A DNA stretch of 64,000 nt from an uncultured Thermoleophilia bacterium (GTDB lineage: Bacteria; Actinomycetota; Thermoleophilia; UBA2241): the NCBI GenBank assembly GCA_963715985.1, contig CAVQSP010000010.1:224001-288000 (forward strand), written 5' to 3'. The position numbers and the translations under genes are program-made. The notes below the pieces were generated by a model. That model searched no databases and was not told where the DNA came from. It saw only the letters and a list, made by a program, of their open reading frames with translations. Below, piece after piece: positions 41,226-52,172 of the stretch. How positions within the stretch are numbered: position 1 is the stretch's first letter; each line of letters starts with the position of its first letter.

Positions 41226-42447
41226 GCCGGCGCCTCCTCGCGGGCGCGACCGTCCGGTCGTCCGGCGACGAGGCCGTCCAGGATGCGCCGCCAGCTCGCC
41301 GGTGAGGCGGCCCAGCTCGTAGCGCTGCAGGGCCGCCTGGTCGGCGACCGGGGCGGAGCCGTCGCGGACGGCTGCGACGAAGGTCGCCAGAGGCGTGCTC
41401 ATCGGGTCGTCGGGCAGCACGCAGGTGCCGCCGCCGACCTCAGCGAAGAGCGCGCGTGCCGCGGAGCCGGCCGGTGAGATGGCGAAGACCGGCGCGCCCG
41501 CCTGCAGGTACTCGAACACCTTGCTCGACATCGCCTCGGGGCGGCGGCCGTTGACCAGCAGCAGCGCGTCCGCGGCGCGCTGGTAGCCCAGGGCGCGCCC
41601 GTGCGGCACGAGGGGCTCCACGCGCACGCGCGCGCCCAGCCCGAGCCGATCGGCGCCGGGCCGTACGCGGCTCTCGTCGACGCCGACGAACAGAGCCTTA
41701 ACATCCGGCGGTTGTGCCGCGAGGGCGGTGAGGAACGCCTGCCACCTGCTGCTCGCGGCCGTAGAGGCGGCCGGTGTGCACGATCCAGAAGCCTTCGCCG
41801 AGGGCGACCTCGTCGGCCCGCTCGGCGAGGTCGAAGCCGTTGGGCAGCACGTGGGCGCGGCCGGCGAGCCAGGGGTGCCGCGCCACGAGGTCGTCGACGA
41901 TGGGCTTGTTCACGGCGGTGACGGCGGCGGCGCGGCTCAGCGCCCACGCCTCAAGGCGTGCGTGGGCGGCCCTGTGCGCCGCGGTCGGGTACCTGCGGAA
42001 CATGTAGGTCGTCCACGGATCGCGGTAGTCGGCCAGCCAGGGCAGGCCGCTCGCCCGCGCGAGCAGAGCGGCCACCAGGTGCACCGAGGGGCGCGGTGAG
42101 CTCGAGAAGATCGCGTCGAAGCGCTCGCCGCGCAGCAGCTCGCGACCCCGGTACGCGGCGGCCCCGACCCAGCCTACGTAGGGGTCGGGCACGGCGATCC
42201 AGCTGTTCACGCGCGTGCTCCGCCTGCCGCCGCCGAGCAGTCGTCGCGGCCACGGTACCGGCGCGCGGACCACGCGCACGCCGGGCGGCTCTGCCGCCGG
42301 CCCGGCCGCCCGCGCCGCGAGCACCGTGGGCTGCCAGCCTTCGTCGGGGAGGTGCCGCAGAAAGCGCACCACGCGCGTCGTCCCGGCGCTCGCCATGGGC
42401 GGGTACGGGTTGGCGATCACGAGCAGCTTGTGTGACCGCATGCTCAC
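41222..42447 (-). CDS. Glycosyltransferase (GT4-like; frameshifted)
   Basis: YPP...G..R, SSSPRPS.H, ADYRDPW, PNGFD, HTG and SSKVFEYL. Confidence 0.82.
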
Positions 42448-42469
42448 GGTCCGGCGCTCGCGTGCGGGG

Positions 42470-43513
42470 TCAGCGGCCCGATCCGGACGCCTCCGCGAAC
42501 GCTTGCGGACTGTGCGCCACGACGGCGTCCACCAGCCGGCGCGCGTTGGCGCGCCGGAAGTGGAAGCCGTCGTAGAACGCGTCGGGGTCGCCGCCGATGG
42601 TGGAGAGCTCGCTGAAGTCGAGGAGGGTGAAGCCGTAGGCGGACTGCTGGCGGCGCAGGTAGGTCATCACCTCGCGGTGCCGCGCGTTCCAGCCCGCTTT
42701 GCGCACGGCCGCCAGCAGCTTGGGGTGCATGGGCGTGAGGACCACCGTCTGTGTGGTCCCCATCTCCGAGAGCAGAGTTAGCGTCTGCTCGAAGTACTGC
42801 GTGGACCGTGCGTACAGGGCCGGGCTGCTTGTGGCGTAGCGCTTGAGCGCCGTGTCGATGGACCAGGCCAGCGCGTGCTTGAGCGTGCGGCCCTTCTCGG
42901 CGGCGATGTCGTAGCGGTTGCGCATCACCACGCCGTCGCTCGCGAACTGCGTGAGTGCGAGGTCGGTGCCCTTGGGCAGGTCGGCCTCGGTCCGCGGCAG
43001 CTTCGCCTGCTCGGCAGCTACAAGCTCGGGCGGGAACCAGCGGCTCAGCTCCGGCTCCTGGATGAGGCCCGGCGAGAGGCCCTGCTTGCGGAACGCCTCG
43101 ACGTGGAGGAACCAGACGATCTGGATGGGTGCTTGGGGGTCGCGCTCGTGCAGGAGATTCACGTAGGCCCACGCGTCCTCGGGGCGGCCGTTCTGGAGGG
43201 CCAGGTTGAAGCCCGGCAGCCCGGTGAGGCGCTCGAAGCGAGCCGGTTCGATGCGGGCGGCTCGCGAGCCACCGAAGATGAGCAGGCGCGGCTGCACGGT
43301 CTGCTTGTCGAGAAGGCGCAGCTTGACGGTGCGGTCGGTGAGGACGAAGGGCGTCTTCTCCTTCTGCATGATGGCCTGGAACGGCCGCGACACCGCCACG
43401 CCGGCGCAGATGCCGGCGATCAGCACGACGAAGACGAAGAGGGATCCTCTGGTAGGACGCGCCAGACGGCGTCGTCGCGGACTCTCAGTGATGTCGTGTG
43501 TGCGGTTCCCCAT
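42470..43513 (-). CDS. Membrane-anchored SGNH-like protein
   Basis: Single TM; IFGGSR, FNLA, TPMHP and FYDGFH (Ser...DxxH). Confidence 0.65.
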   Translation of the reverse strand: MGNRTHDITESPRRRRLARPTRGSLFVFVVLIAGICAGVAVSRPFQAIMQKEKTPFVLTDRTVKLRLLDKQTVQPRLLIFGGSRAARIEPARFERLTGLPGFNLALQNGRPEDAWAYVNLLHERDPQAPIQIVWFLHVEAFRKQGLSPGLIQEPELSRWFPPELVAAEQAKLPRTEADLPKGTDLALTQFASDGVVMRNRYDIAAEKGRTLKHALAWSIDTALKRYATSSPALYARSTQYFEQTLTLLSEMGTTQTVVLTPMHPKLLAAVRKAGWNARHREVMTYLRRQQSAYGFTLLDFSELSTIGGDPDAFYDGFHFRRANARRLVDAVVAHSPQAFAEASGSGR

Positions 43514-43612
43514 GTCTGACCAACGAATGATTCTACTATCGCGGGCGCCTCGAGGCTCCCGGCCGCCCTCTGAGCTTTCGGCTGTGGCTCGTGCCTTCCT
43601 CCGCGGCGGCGC

Positions 43613-45350
43613 TCACACCTGCACGCTCCCGCCCTCGGCGATGTCCACTTCGGCCTCCAGCTCCGTCTCCTCCGCTTCGGCCTCCAGGTCGTCCTCCGAG
43701 AGCTCCTCATCACAGGCGTGGTCGCACGGCGCGGTCGCGGCGGCGGTGCCGGCCACGGCGTCCGTGGCCACGGCGCCCGCGGCCCCGGCGCCGGCCAAGG
43801 CCGGCGCCGGGGCTCGCCGGCCGGTGAGGCGCCGGCCCGCGCCGGCCAGACGCCGGCGCTCGGACGGCGTGAAGAAGCGCCCGGCCCACAGCACGAGCGG
43901 GAAGAGCAGCAGCGCCGGCGTGACGGCCAGCTCGCGCACGATCAGGTCGCTCAGCGGGACGTCGACGGCCAGGCCGACCGCCCTGCCGATCGCCCAGGCG
44001 ACGACCAGGGTGACGGCCGTGGCAGCACCGAGGGTGATCAGGCGTCGCCACTCGTAGGGGATCGGGTACCAGCGGTTGGAGATGAAGTAGACGAGCACCG
44101 CGAGGATGCCGAAGCCGATCGTCGTCGTCCACGCCGCCGCATACATCCCGTACACCGGGACGAGCAGGAAGTTGAGGCCCACGTTCACGCCCGAGGCGAT
44201 CAGCGTGATGACCGGGATCAGGCGGTTCTTCTTGGCGACGTTGGCCCCGATCCAGAAGATGAAGTACAGGTTGTAGAGCGCCACGGAGAGGGTGAGCACG
44301 AACGTGGTCGGCCCCACCGACCAGAACTTCTCGTTCAGCAGCACGTGGATCACGAGCGGCAGGTAGAGCCCGACCAGCGCCAGCAGGATGCCGTTGAACG
44401 CCATGAAGTACGTCGACGAGCGCGAGACCATGTGCTTGTGCCTCTCCGGCTCGTTCAGTTTCGCGTAGTGCCACTGCGGCCAGGCCATGCGGAAGGCCAT
44501 CCCCACGATGTAGAGCGGCTGCGAGAGCGAGTTGGCCACCGTGTACAGCCCGACCACGGCGATCCCCTGGTAGTGAAGCAGGAAGAAACGGTCGCTCAGC
44601 TTGAGGAAGAAGAACGAGACGGCGGTGAACATCGCCGGGATGGCGAAGGCCAGCATCGAGCGCATCAGCGCCCTGTCCCAGAGAAAGCGCAGCCGGGGTG
44701 CGTAGAACGGCAGCGCCGCGAGGTTGAGCAGCACGGCGGTGACGAGATTGGCGCCCAGGTAGCCGGCGGGCCCCCAGTGGAAGACGGCGAGGAAGACGAC
44801 CGCCATCGGTACCTGGATGAGCACCCGGGCGATGGTGAACGAGGTGAAGGTCCACGGCCGGTGCTCGAGTCGCATGAGCGTGAACGGCAGGTCGCTCAGG
44901 TTGGTGAAGAACAGCGTGGCGACGCCGATGTCGAAGTAGATGGCGTAGCCGTCCCCGCCCATGAGCAGACTCGAGATCCACGGCATGAAGGCCATCAGGA
45001 CGCCCAGCAGGAGTGCTCGGGTACAGGCACTTCACGTAGAAGACGTGGGTGATGACATCGCTGCGGTGCTTCGGGCTCTTGTCGTCGAAGTAGAAGCGCG
45101 TGAAGGCGACGTCGAAGCCGAGGGTGACGAACACGTCGAGCAACGTGGTGACGGTCACGACCATGCCGACGATCCCATAGTCGCTCTTCGTCATGAACGC
45201 CGTGAAGAGCGGCAGCATGAGCGCCGTCAGGAACTTCTGCAGCATCCGGCCGCCGCCGTAGATCGTGGAGTCCTTGAGCAGCACCGAGTAGGAGTGGCCC
45301 TTGGGCTTGGCGGCTGAGGCCGCGCGTCGGCGGGGGAGAAGGTTCGTGGC
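43613..45350 (-). CDS. Wzx polysaccharide flippase (frameshift ~45015; start uncertain)
   Basis: KDSTIYG...LMLPLFT...DYGI, SDRFFL...VGLY, LNFLLVPVYGMYAAA; many TM segments. Confidence 0.88.
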
Positions 45351-45578
45351 GCCTCCGGGTGCTGGGGTGCGGCCCCGGCGGGTGGTGCCGCCGGCCGCCG
45401 GTCGGCGTGGTCGGCTGGCTATTCTACCATCGGGGCCGTGGACCTCCGGCGCACCGTGTACGGGCGACGGGCTCGAGCGTGCGGCCTGCGGGAATGAAGA
45501 ACCGGATCTCGTGAGCGGCCGGCGCCGGCTCAAGCGCCGGCCATCTTCGGCCGCCCTTCGGTCCCGACGCGGCCCCCG

Positions 45579-46703
45579 TCAGCGGCCCGCGCCCGCCAGG
45601 TCCTTGGGCAGCTGCTCGGCGTGCGCCTCGGCGGCGGCGAGCTGCTCCGCCGCGAGCGGCGAGGAGCCTCGCCGCCGGGCGCGCGTCATGGCTTCGCCGA
45701 CCTTGAGCCCGGCCGCGTGCAGGTCGATGAGCGGCTGCGGCAGCAGCTCGAGCGGCTGGGGGTCGCCCGGGCCGGGCCAGCAGCGCAGCCCTGCAGCGGC
45801 CAGACTGCTCCTGTCCGCGTCGCCGCTCAGGCTCACGACGGCGAGGTGCGGCGCGGCCGCCGCCAGGGTGGCCGCGTCGGTCCAGCCGCGCGGGCCGATG
45901 GTCCTGGCGCCGGGCGTGCCGGCGCACAGCACCAGTGCGTCGGCCTCGCCGAGGCGGCCCACGACGCCGTCCCCTGCCAGGCCGTCGCCGATCTTCTCGC
46001 CGCCGCACAGGCTCACGCGGCCGTCGCCGTCCGGGCTCGCCACGAGCACGCGTGCGCCGGCCTGCGACAGCCCGTGCACGACCTTGCCGGAGGCCGGCCC
46101 ATCGCCGGCGACCAGCACGGTGGCGCCCACGACCTCCACGGCCAGCTGCAGCAGACCCCAGGTGGCCACGGCGGCCAGGTAGCGGTAGTAGTCCACGCCG
46201 TCCTCGTCCACGCCCGCCACGGCGATGGCGCCGCGCCGGCAGGTGGCGACGTCCACGTCGGCGGCACGCCAGTGGGCGATGCCGCGCATCAGCGTGACGG
46301 CGGCCGTGTCGCGCACGTTGCGGATGATGGAGTCGTCGATGGGCCGTACGCCGGGCAGGTCGGTGACGACGTCCACGTCCGAGAGCTGCGCCTGCAGGCG
46401 GTCGGGCACGATGTGCACGCGGTCCTGCAGGCCGGCGAGCTCCACGAGGTAGGCCGTCTGCGCCTCGGCGTCGCGGCGCGCGGCCTCGGCGCTGTCGCGC
46501 GCCACGGCGTACACGGCGGACGCGCCGGCCAGGCCGGCGATCACCGGCGTCACGCGCCGGTAGCCCACGCCGGCCTCGGTGAGCACCGTCAGCCCGGCGA
46601 GGTCAAGCCGGTGGCGTGCGATGGCGCGGCGCACCAGGCGCAGCACCTGGCGCCCGGGAAAAGCGTCGTCGCAGGCGGATCTGGGATCACTGGTCTGAGT
46701 CAT
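45579..46703 (-). CDS. Hypothetical protein with probable Rossmann-like fold, polysaccharide-locus associated
   Basis: Intact ORF with TAGGAT -10 7 nt before the ATG; LDLAGLTVLTEA...DVVTDLPGVRPID...DVDVATCRRGAIAVAGVDE resembles 2-hydroxyacid dehydrogenase/AdoHcyase-type folds. Confidence 0.55.
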   Translation of the reverse strand: MTQTSDPRSACDDAFPGRQVLRLVRRAIARHRLDLAGLTVLTEAGVGYRRVTPVIAGLAGASAVYAVARDSAEAARRDAEAQTAYLVELAGLQDRVHIVPDRLQAQLSDVDVVTDLPGVRPIDDSIIRNVRDTAAVTLMRGIAHWRAADVDVATCRRGAIAVAGVDEDGVDYYRYLAAVATWGLLQLAVEVVGATVLVAGDGPASGKVVHGLSQAGARVLVASPDGDGRVSLCGGEKIGDGLAGDGVVGRLGEADALVLCAGTPGARTIGPRGWTDAATLAAAAPHLAVVSLSGDADRSSLAAAGLRCWPGPGDPQPLELLPQPLIDLHAAGLKVGEAMTRARRRGSSPLAAEQLAAAEAHAEQLPKDLAGAGR

Positions 46704-46824
46704 GCGACCCATCCTATCGCGCGCACTGCCGGGTCGCATCCCGCGGCGCCGCCGCCGGGTCGGAACGCAGTCGGCCTCCCTTCGACTATACTGGAGCCCG
46801 CGCCAGTACAGAAAGGACCGCGTC

Positions 46825-47809
46825 CTGCGCGTCTCTCTCCGCCTCGCAACCCCCATCTCCCTCACCCTCGCGCTGCTCATCGTGGTCGCGGCCGCGCTGG
46901 TCGTGGCCGGCCTCGGCCTCGCCGGGTCGGCCGCCGCGGCGCCCAGACGCCTCCCAGATCGACGACTTCCTGGCGCTGCACGGCTCACCCATGACGGGCA
47001 GCGGCGCCGCCTTCGTCGCCGAGGGGCAGAAGAACGGCGTGGACCCCGCCTTCCTGGTCGCCATCAGCGGCGCCGAGTCGAGCTTCGGGCAGTTCCTCTA
47101 CTCGGAGGGCGGTGACCAGTGCACGTACAACGCCTTCAACTGGTTCTACGGCGCCACGTGGCCGCAGAGCGACTTCAGCTCGTGGGACGAGGCCATCGCG
47201 CGCGTCGCCCAGGGCCTCGCCGGTCGATCTGTACTTCGGCTCCGGGCTCTACTCCGTCCAGGCGATCGCCCCGCGGTACTGCCCGGACGGCACGGCCAAC
47301 TGGGTCGCCAACGTGACCTCGTTCATGATCCAGCTCGGCGGGGAACCCGCTCGACACGCCGCCTCGCGGGCGCAGCTTCCTCCGGACCGCCGTCCACGGA
47401 CCCGTCGCTGCTGGGCGTGAGCGGCGCAGTCGAGCTCTCGGGCGAACCGTTCGACGTCGGCCGCGAGGTCACGGCGCGGTTCACGCTGACCAACAGCGGC
47501 GACCAGCCCGTGGCTCTCGAAGGCATCCGCCTGACCGCGGTCGGGCCGGGACGGCGCCAGCGCCGCGCTGGTCTCCGACCAGGCGGTCACGCTGGCGCCC
47601 GGTCAGCCCCTGGCCGTGACCGCCGTCTGGCCGCTCGACACGGTCGGGCGCTGGAGCGGCTGGATCGAGGTCGTACAGAACGGTCAGGCGAACCTGGTCG
47701 GTCAGAAGACGGCGTTCACGCTTCCTCGTCATCGCTGCCCAAGGACGCGCTCTGCGTCGCTGGATCCGCGCAGACGCCGTGCTCTCGCCCGGGCGGCAGC
47801 GCACGCTGA
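46825..47809 (+). CDS. Secreted glucosaminidase/lysozyme-like domain protein (frameshifted)
   Basis: Signal peptide; GVDPAFLVAISGAESSFG...YNAFNW...FSSWDEAI...IAPRYCP; C-terminal Ig-like region. Confidence 0.7.
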
Positions 47810-47856
47810 GCCCGTGCGGCGCGGCTTCGTCGCCGCGCCGCCCGCCCGGATCCGCC

Positions 47857-49253
47857 TCAGAACTGGAAGTACAGGAAGGGGCTCGGCGCGCTCAGCGTGA
47901 GCAGTGACGCTCCCCACGAGGATGCCGATCACCAGCGCGTAGCGCAGCTTGGGCTGCGGCTTGATCTGCCAGGTGTTGGGGGCGAAGTTCACCCACAGCA
48001 GCCCGGCCACGATGAGGAGCGCCAGCACCGGCGCCAGCGGCAGCAGCGCGCCGCCCTTGACGCCGTTCAGGCCGATCATCGCGCGCAGCACGTCGAACGC
48101 CTCGCTCATGGACGCGGCGCGGAAGAACACCCAGGCCAGCACCGCGGCGAGGAACGTGAGCAGGCGGTTGAGCCACACCCAGCTCGGCGTGAGGCCCCAC
48201 TTGCGCATCAGCACGTGGAACGACTGGAACACGCCCCACAGCAGGCCCCAGAACACGAAGGTCCAGGCGGGCCCGTGCCACAGGCCGGCGAGCAGGAAGG
48301 TGATCAGCAGGTTGCGCACGGTCGCGAAGGTCGTGCCGCGCGACCCGCCCAGCGGGATGAAGAGGTAGTCGCGCAGCCACGACGAGAGCGACATGTGCCA
48401 GCGGCGCCAGAAGTCCGAGGGGTTGACCGCCTTGTAGGGCGAGTCGAAGTTCTGGGGGAAGCGCAGGCCGATCAGGAACGCCACCCCCACGGCCATGTCC
48501 GAGTAGCCGGAGAAGTCGAAGTACAGCTGCAGCGTGTAGCCCAGCGCCGCGCCCCAGCCGGAGAGCAGACCCAGGTGGGCATGGCCGGCGAACAGGCTGT
48601 TCACGTAGGGCGCCATCATGTCGGCCACGAGCAGCTTCTTGGCGAGGCCCATGGCGAGGAAGAAGACGCCCGTGCCGATGAGGCTCAGGCGGAAGCGCTG
48701 CTGCGAGCTCTCGAGCTGCTCGCCCACGTGGCCGTAGCGGATGATGGGGCCGGCCATGAGGTACGGGAAGAGCGTGGCCCAGGCGAGGTAGTGGATCACC
48801 GACCTGGCCGGGCGGATCATGCCGCGGTACACGTCCACCACGTACGAGATGGCGGCGAAGGTGTAGAAGGACACGCCCACCGGCAGCAGCACCTTGAGCA
48901 CCGGCAGCGGCTCGCCGGCTGCCCACCAGTTTGAACAGCCCGTCGAGGGAGCTGAAGAAGAAGCCACGGTACTTGAAGTAGGCCAGGAGCCCGAGGTTGA
49001 CGGTGATGGCGGCGGCCAGGAGGAGCTTGCGCCGCCGCCCCGGCGCCATCTTCGCGATGGCGTGCCCGGCCGCCCAGTCCACGAGCGTGGTGACCAGCAG
49101 CAGGGCGACGTAGCGCCAGTCCCAGAGGCCGTAGAAGACGCACGAGGCGACGATGAGGAAGGTGAGACGCGGGTAGCCGCGCGGGATCAGCCAGTAGAGG
49201 ACGACGACGACCGGCAGGAAGACGAAGAGGAAGCCGAAGCTGTTGAAGAGCAC
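47857..49253 (-). CDS. MBOAT O-acyltransferase (AlgI/PatA/DltB family; frameshifted)
   Basis: MLFNS, YFKY, LPVGVSFYTF, AGPI.R, DFSGYSDMA, FWRRWHMSLSSWLRDY, GLWHG and PFLYFQF. Confidence 0.92.
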
Positions 49254-49312
49254 GGCTTCCTCTCAGGCTCGGCGCGGCGCGGGCGGCGGGCGCGGCGCGG
49301 CGGGCGGGCGCG

Positions 49313-50602
49313 TCACTTGGGCAGCCCGCCCGTCTGCTCGAGGACGTAGTCGACGGCCCTGCGCGTGTTGATGGTCGTCATGTGGACGCCGTCGTAGAAC
49401 TGCTTGGGGTCGGCGCCCCACCTGGTGATGTCGGTGATGTCGATGAAGACGAAGTCGTACTTGTCCTTGAGCGACTCCACGTAGTCCACGACCTGCTGGT
49501 GACGCTCCGGCCAGCCCAGTGGCCCCACCGTCTTGAGCAGCTTGGGGTTGATGGGCGTGAGCACGATGAGCGGCGTGGCGCCCTGCTCGTTCATGAAGGC
49601 CAGCGTCTTCTCGAAGTACCACTGCGCCTTGGGATCGAGCTCCTTGTAGGCGTTGCGGTACAGGTCGCCGTAGCGCTTGACCGACTTGGGCCAGCGGCGG
49701 TCCCACTCCTTCTGGGTCCAGGGACGCTCGACCTGACCGCCGTCGGGGAGGAACTTCTCGCGATACTTGTCGTAGGTGCGCTTGACCTTGTCGCGGTTCA
49801 TCATCACGCGCACCGCGTCCTTGGCCGTCACCCAGGAGAACACCGAGGAGCGGTTCTGCCACACCTTGCGGGCCACGTTGGCCGGCGTGCGCTTGATCGT
49901 GCCCGAGCCCTCCACGTACTGGGCCAGGCGCGGCTCGTTGGCGGTGCGGCCCTGGATCTTGAAGGGCACGAACGACTCCACGTCGAGGAGCCAGAGGTAC
50001 TTGGGGTCCGCCATGGGCCACGTGTCGTGGATGAAGTTCACCATGGCCCAGGCGTCGGCGGTGCCGCCGATGCCGTTGACGCCGGCGTTGAAGGTGCGCA
50101 GGCCGGTCTTCTGCTCCAGGTAGCTGGGCTCGTAGCGCAGGGAGCGCGAGCTGCCCAGCACGACCAGCTCCGGCCCCTGCTTGAGGTTCTGGATGGCGTC
50201 GGCCTTGATGGTGCGGTCCGACGTGGTGACGGTGGGCAGCAGCTTCATGCCGATGAGCCCGTAGGGGTCGGCCAGGGTGTTGAAGGCGCCGACCGCCGCC
50301 ATGACCAGCAGGGCCACCACGACGACGCCGAGCAGGAACCACAGCGTCTTGCGGCCCTTGGCCTGGTCGATCTCCGGCGGGTCCGGGATGACGCGCTTCT
50401 TGAGACCCGTGGGCGCCGGCTCGCCGGGGGCGCCTTCGGCGGGGCTCGCGGCCAGCGGCGTCTCGCCGCCGCCGGCGTCGCCCGCGCCGCTCAGTCCCTC
50501 GGCCTTGTCCAGAGACTGGGCGCCCGGCAGCAGCTCCGGCGGTACGCCGGGGCCTTCGTCCTCGGGGGACAGGGCGAACGGTTCGTTGTCGCGTGGGTCC
50601 AA
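49313..50602 (-). CDS. Membrane-anchored SGNH-like protein, MBOAT partner
   Basis: TM then DPYG, VLGSSRS, FNAGV, TPINP and FYDGVH; probable TTG start at 50602. Confidence 0.7.
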   Translation of the reverse strand: MDPRDNEPFALSPEDEGPGVPPELLPGAQSLDKAEGLSGAGDAGGGETPLAASPAEGAPGEPAPTGLKKRVIPDPPEIDQAKGRKTLWFLLGVVVVALLVMAAVGAFNTLADPYGLIGMKLLPTVTTSDRTIKADAIQNLKQGPELVVLGSSRSLRYEPSYLEQKTGLRTFNAGVNGIGGTADAWAMVNFIHDTWPMADPKYLWLLDVESFVPFKIQGRTANEPRLAQYVEGSGTIKRTPANVARKVWQNRSSVFSWVTAKDAVRVMMNRDKVKRTYDKYREKFLPDGGQVERPWTQKEWDRRWPKSVKRYGDLYRNAYKELDPKAQWYFEKTLAFMNEQGATPLIVLTPINPKLLKTVGPLGWPERHQQVVDYVESLKDKYDFVFIDITDITRWGADPKQFYDGVHMTTINTRRAVDYVLEQTGGLPK

Positions 50603-50687
50603 GAAGGTGGCGGAAGCGCCGGATGATGGCGAGCAGGAGGCTGAGAATACCACAGGCGGGGACGCGGCCCGGCCGGCGGCGGTTCGC

Positions 50688-51285
50688 TCAGACCGGGGCT
50701 TCCAGCGCTTCGCCGATGCGTTCTTCCAGTCCGTCGGCCGGTACTTCGTCAACGCCGCCGTTGACGGTGCTCGAGTCGTGGAACGCGGCGATGCCGCGTC
50801 CGTCGAAGAGGCAGCGCACGAGGCGGATGCTGCCGCCGTGCGTCACCACCAGCGTGGGCCGGCCGTCACGGGCCACGTCGCGCAGCGCCGCCAGCACCCT
50901 GCGCTGCTGGTCGACGAGGCTCTCGCCGCCGGGGAAGCGGAAGGTCTCGGGATGCTCGCGGTACTCGCGCCAGATGACGGCGTCCTCCACCATGATCTCC
51001 GCGAACAGGCGCTGCTCCCACTCGCCGCGGTGCGACTCGGCGAGGCGCGGGTCGAGCACGACCGGCAGGCCACCCAGCTCGTCGCGGACGATCTCCGCGG
51101 TCTCGCGGGCGCGCCGCAGGTGGCTGCTCACGATCAGCTCGAGGCCGCGCCCGACGAGCTCGCGACCCTGGTCGCGCGCCTGAGCGCGGCCGGTCTCGTT
51201 GAGGCTCGACCTCTGCCCAGCCCAGGCAGCGCGCCGGCTCGCGGTTCCAGTCGGTCTCGCCGTGCCTGATCAGAAGGATCGTCAA
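50688..51285 (-). CDS. Histidine phosphatase (phosphoglycerate mutase family; frameshift ~51210)
   Basis: LIRHGETDWN, SSHLRRARETA, LAE..GEWE, PGGES and VTHGG; TTG start overlaps the comA stop. Confidence 0.88.
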
Positions 51286-52034
51286 TGAAAGTGCAGCAGC
51301 GTGTCGCCGCGCACGCCCAGGCGGAGCGTCTCGACCGAGATCACCTCGTCGGGCGGGATGTTGCCGAGGTTCACGTTGGCGCCGAACTGCTTGATGAACC
51401 AGGCCTGCTGCTTCTTGATCGGCGCCTCGAACAGGAGCTGCGACGTGTCGAACGCCGTGCGGATCTCCTCGAGGAGGCCGTCCTTGACGTCGCCCGTGGG
51501 GCGGTAGATGCCCACGGTCCCGGACTCGCGCCCCTCGGTGATGACCTTCCAGGCGCCGGCCTCGAGCTCGCGCTTGATCGAGTCGACCCACTTCGTCGGG
51601 GTGATCACCACGGCTTCGTCCTTGCTGCCCACCTCGCTGAGCACGCGGAACTCCTTGGAGAAGCGGCGCAGCAGGGCGAGCTTGTCCTCTTCGTCCATGG
51701 CGACGGTGCCGTCGGAGATCTCCACGCACGTCATCTCACAGGCGCGCACGAGGGCCAGCCACTCCTCGAGCTTGTTCTGGCGCAGGCAGACCTCGAAGAA
51801 CGTGCCGCCGAAGCACACCGGCACATCGTGGCTCCGGTACAGGGCGACCTTCTCCTTGAGGTTGGGCGTCACGGCCGCCGTGCCCCATCCGAGCTTGACG
51901 ATGTCGACGTAGTCGCTCGCGACTTCCATGAACTGGCGTACCTGGTCCAGGCTGAGACCCTTGTCGAGTACGTGCGTCAGCCCGCTCTCGCGCGGCCTGC
52001 TCGTGCGCTGCGGCAGGGTGAGAAAGTCGAACAT
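51282..52034 (-). CDS. comA: Phosphosulfolactate synthase
   Basis: PRESGLTHVLDKG, DIVKLGWGT, GGTFFE, EISDG, SEVGSK, EGRESG, FEAP, NLGNI and ETLRLG.RGDT. Confidence 0.93.
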   Translation of the reverse strand: MFDFLTLPQRTSRPRESGLTHVLDKGLSLDQVRQFMEVASDYVDIVKLGWGTAAVTPNLKEKVALYRSHDVPVCFGGTFFEVCLRQNKLEEWLALVRACEMTCVEISDGTVAMDEEDKLALLRRFSKEFRVLSEVGSKDEAVVITPTKWVDSIKRELEAGAWKVITEGRESGTVGIYRPTGDVKDGLLEEIRTAFDTSQLLFEAPIKKQQAWFIKQFGANVNLGNIPPDEVISVETLRLGVRGDTLLHFH

Positions 52035-52172
52035 CGGTCGTCCTCCGTTGGTCAGGCGCCGCTCACGGCGGCGCTCGCAGAATGCTACCAGACGCGCCCG
52101 CGACCGGTCGGCGGCGCGGCGCTGGAGGCCGCAGGCGCTCCAGCGAGTGGGGCGCCGCAGGCAGACCGCTCA

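Noticed and set aside
51282-52034. Coenzyme M biosynthesis pathway
   Set aside because: No comB/C/D/E or xcb-type partner genes are in the window; comA alone is insufficient.
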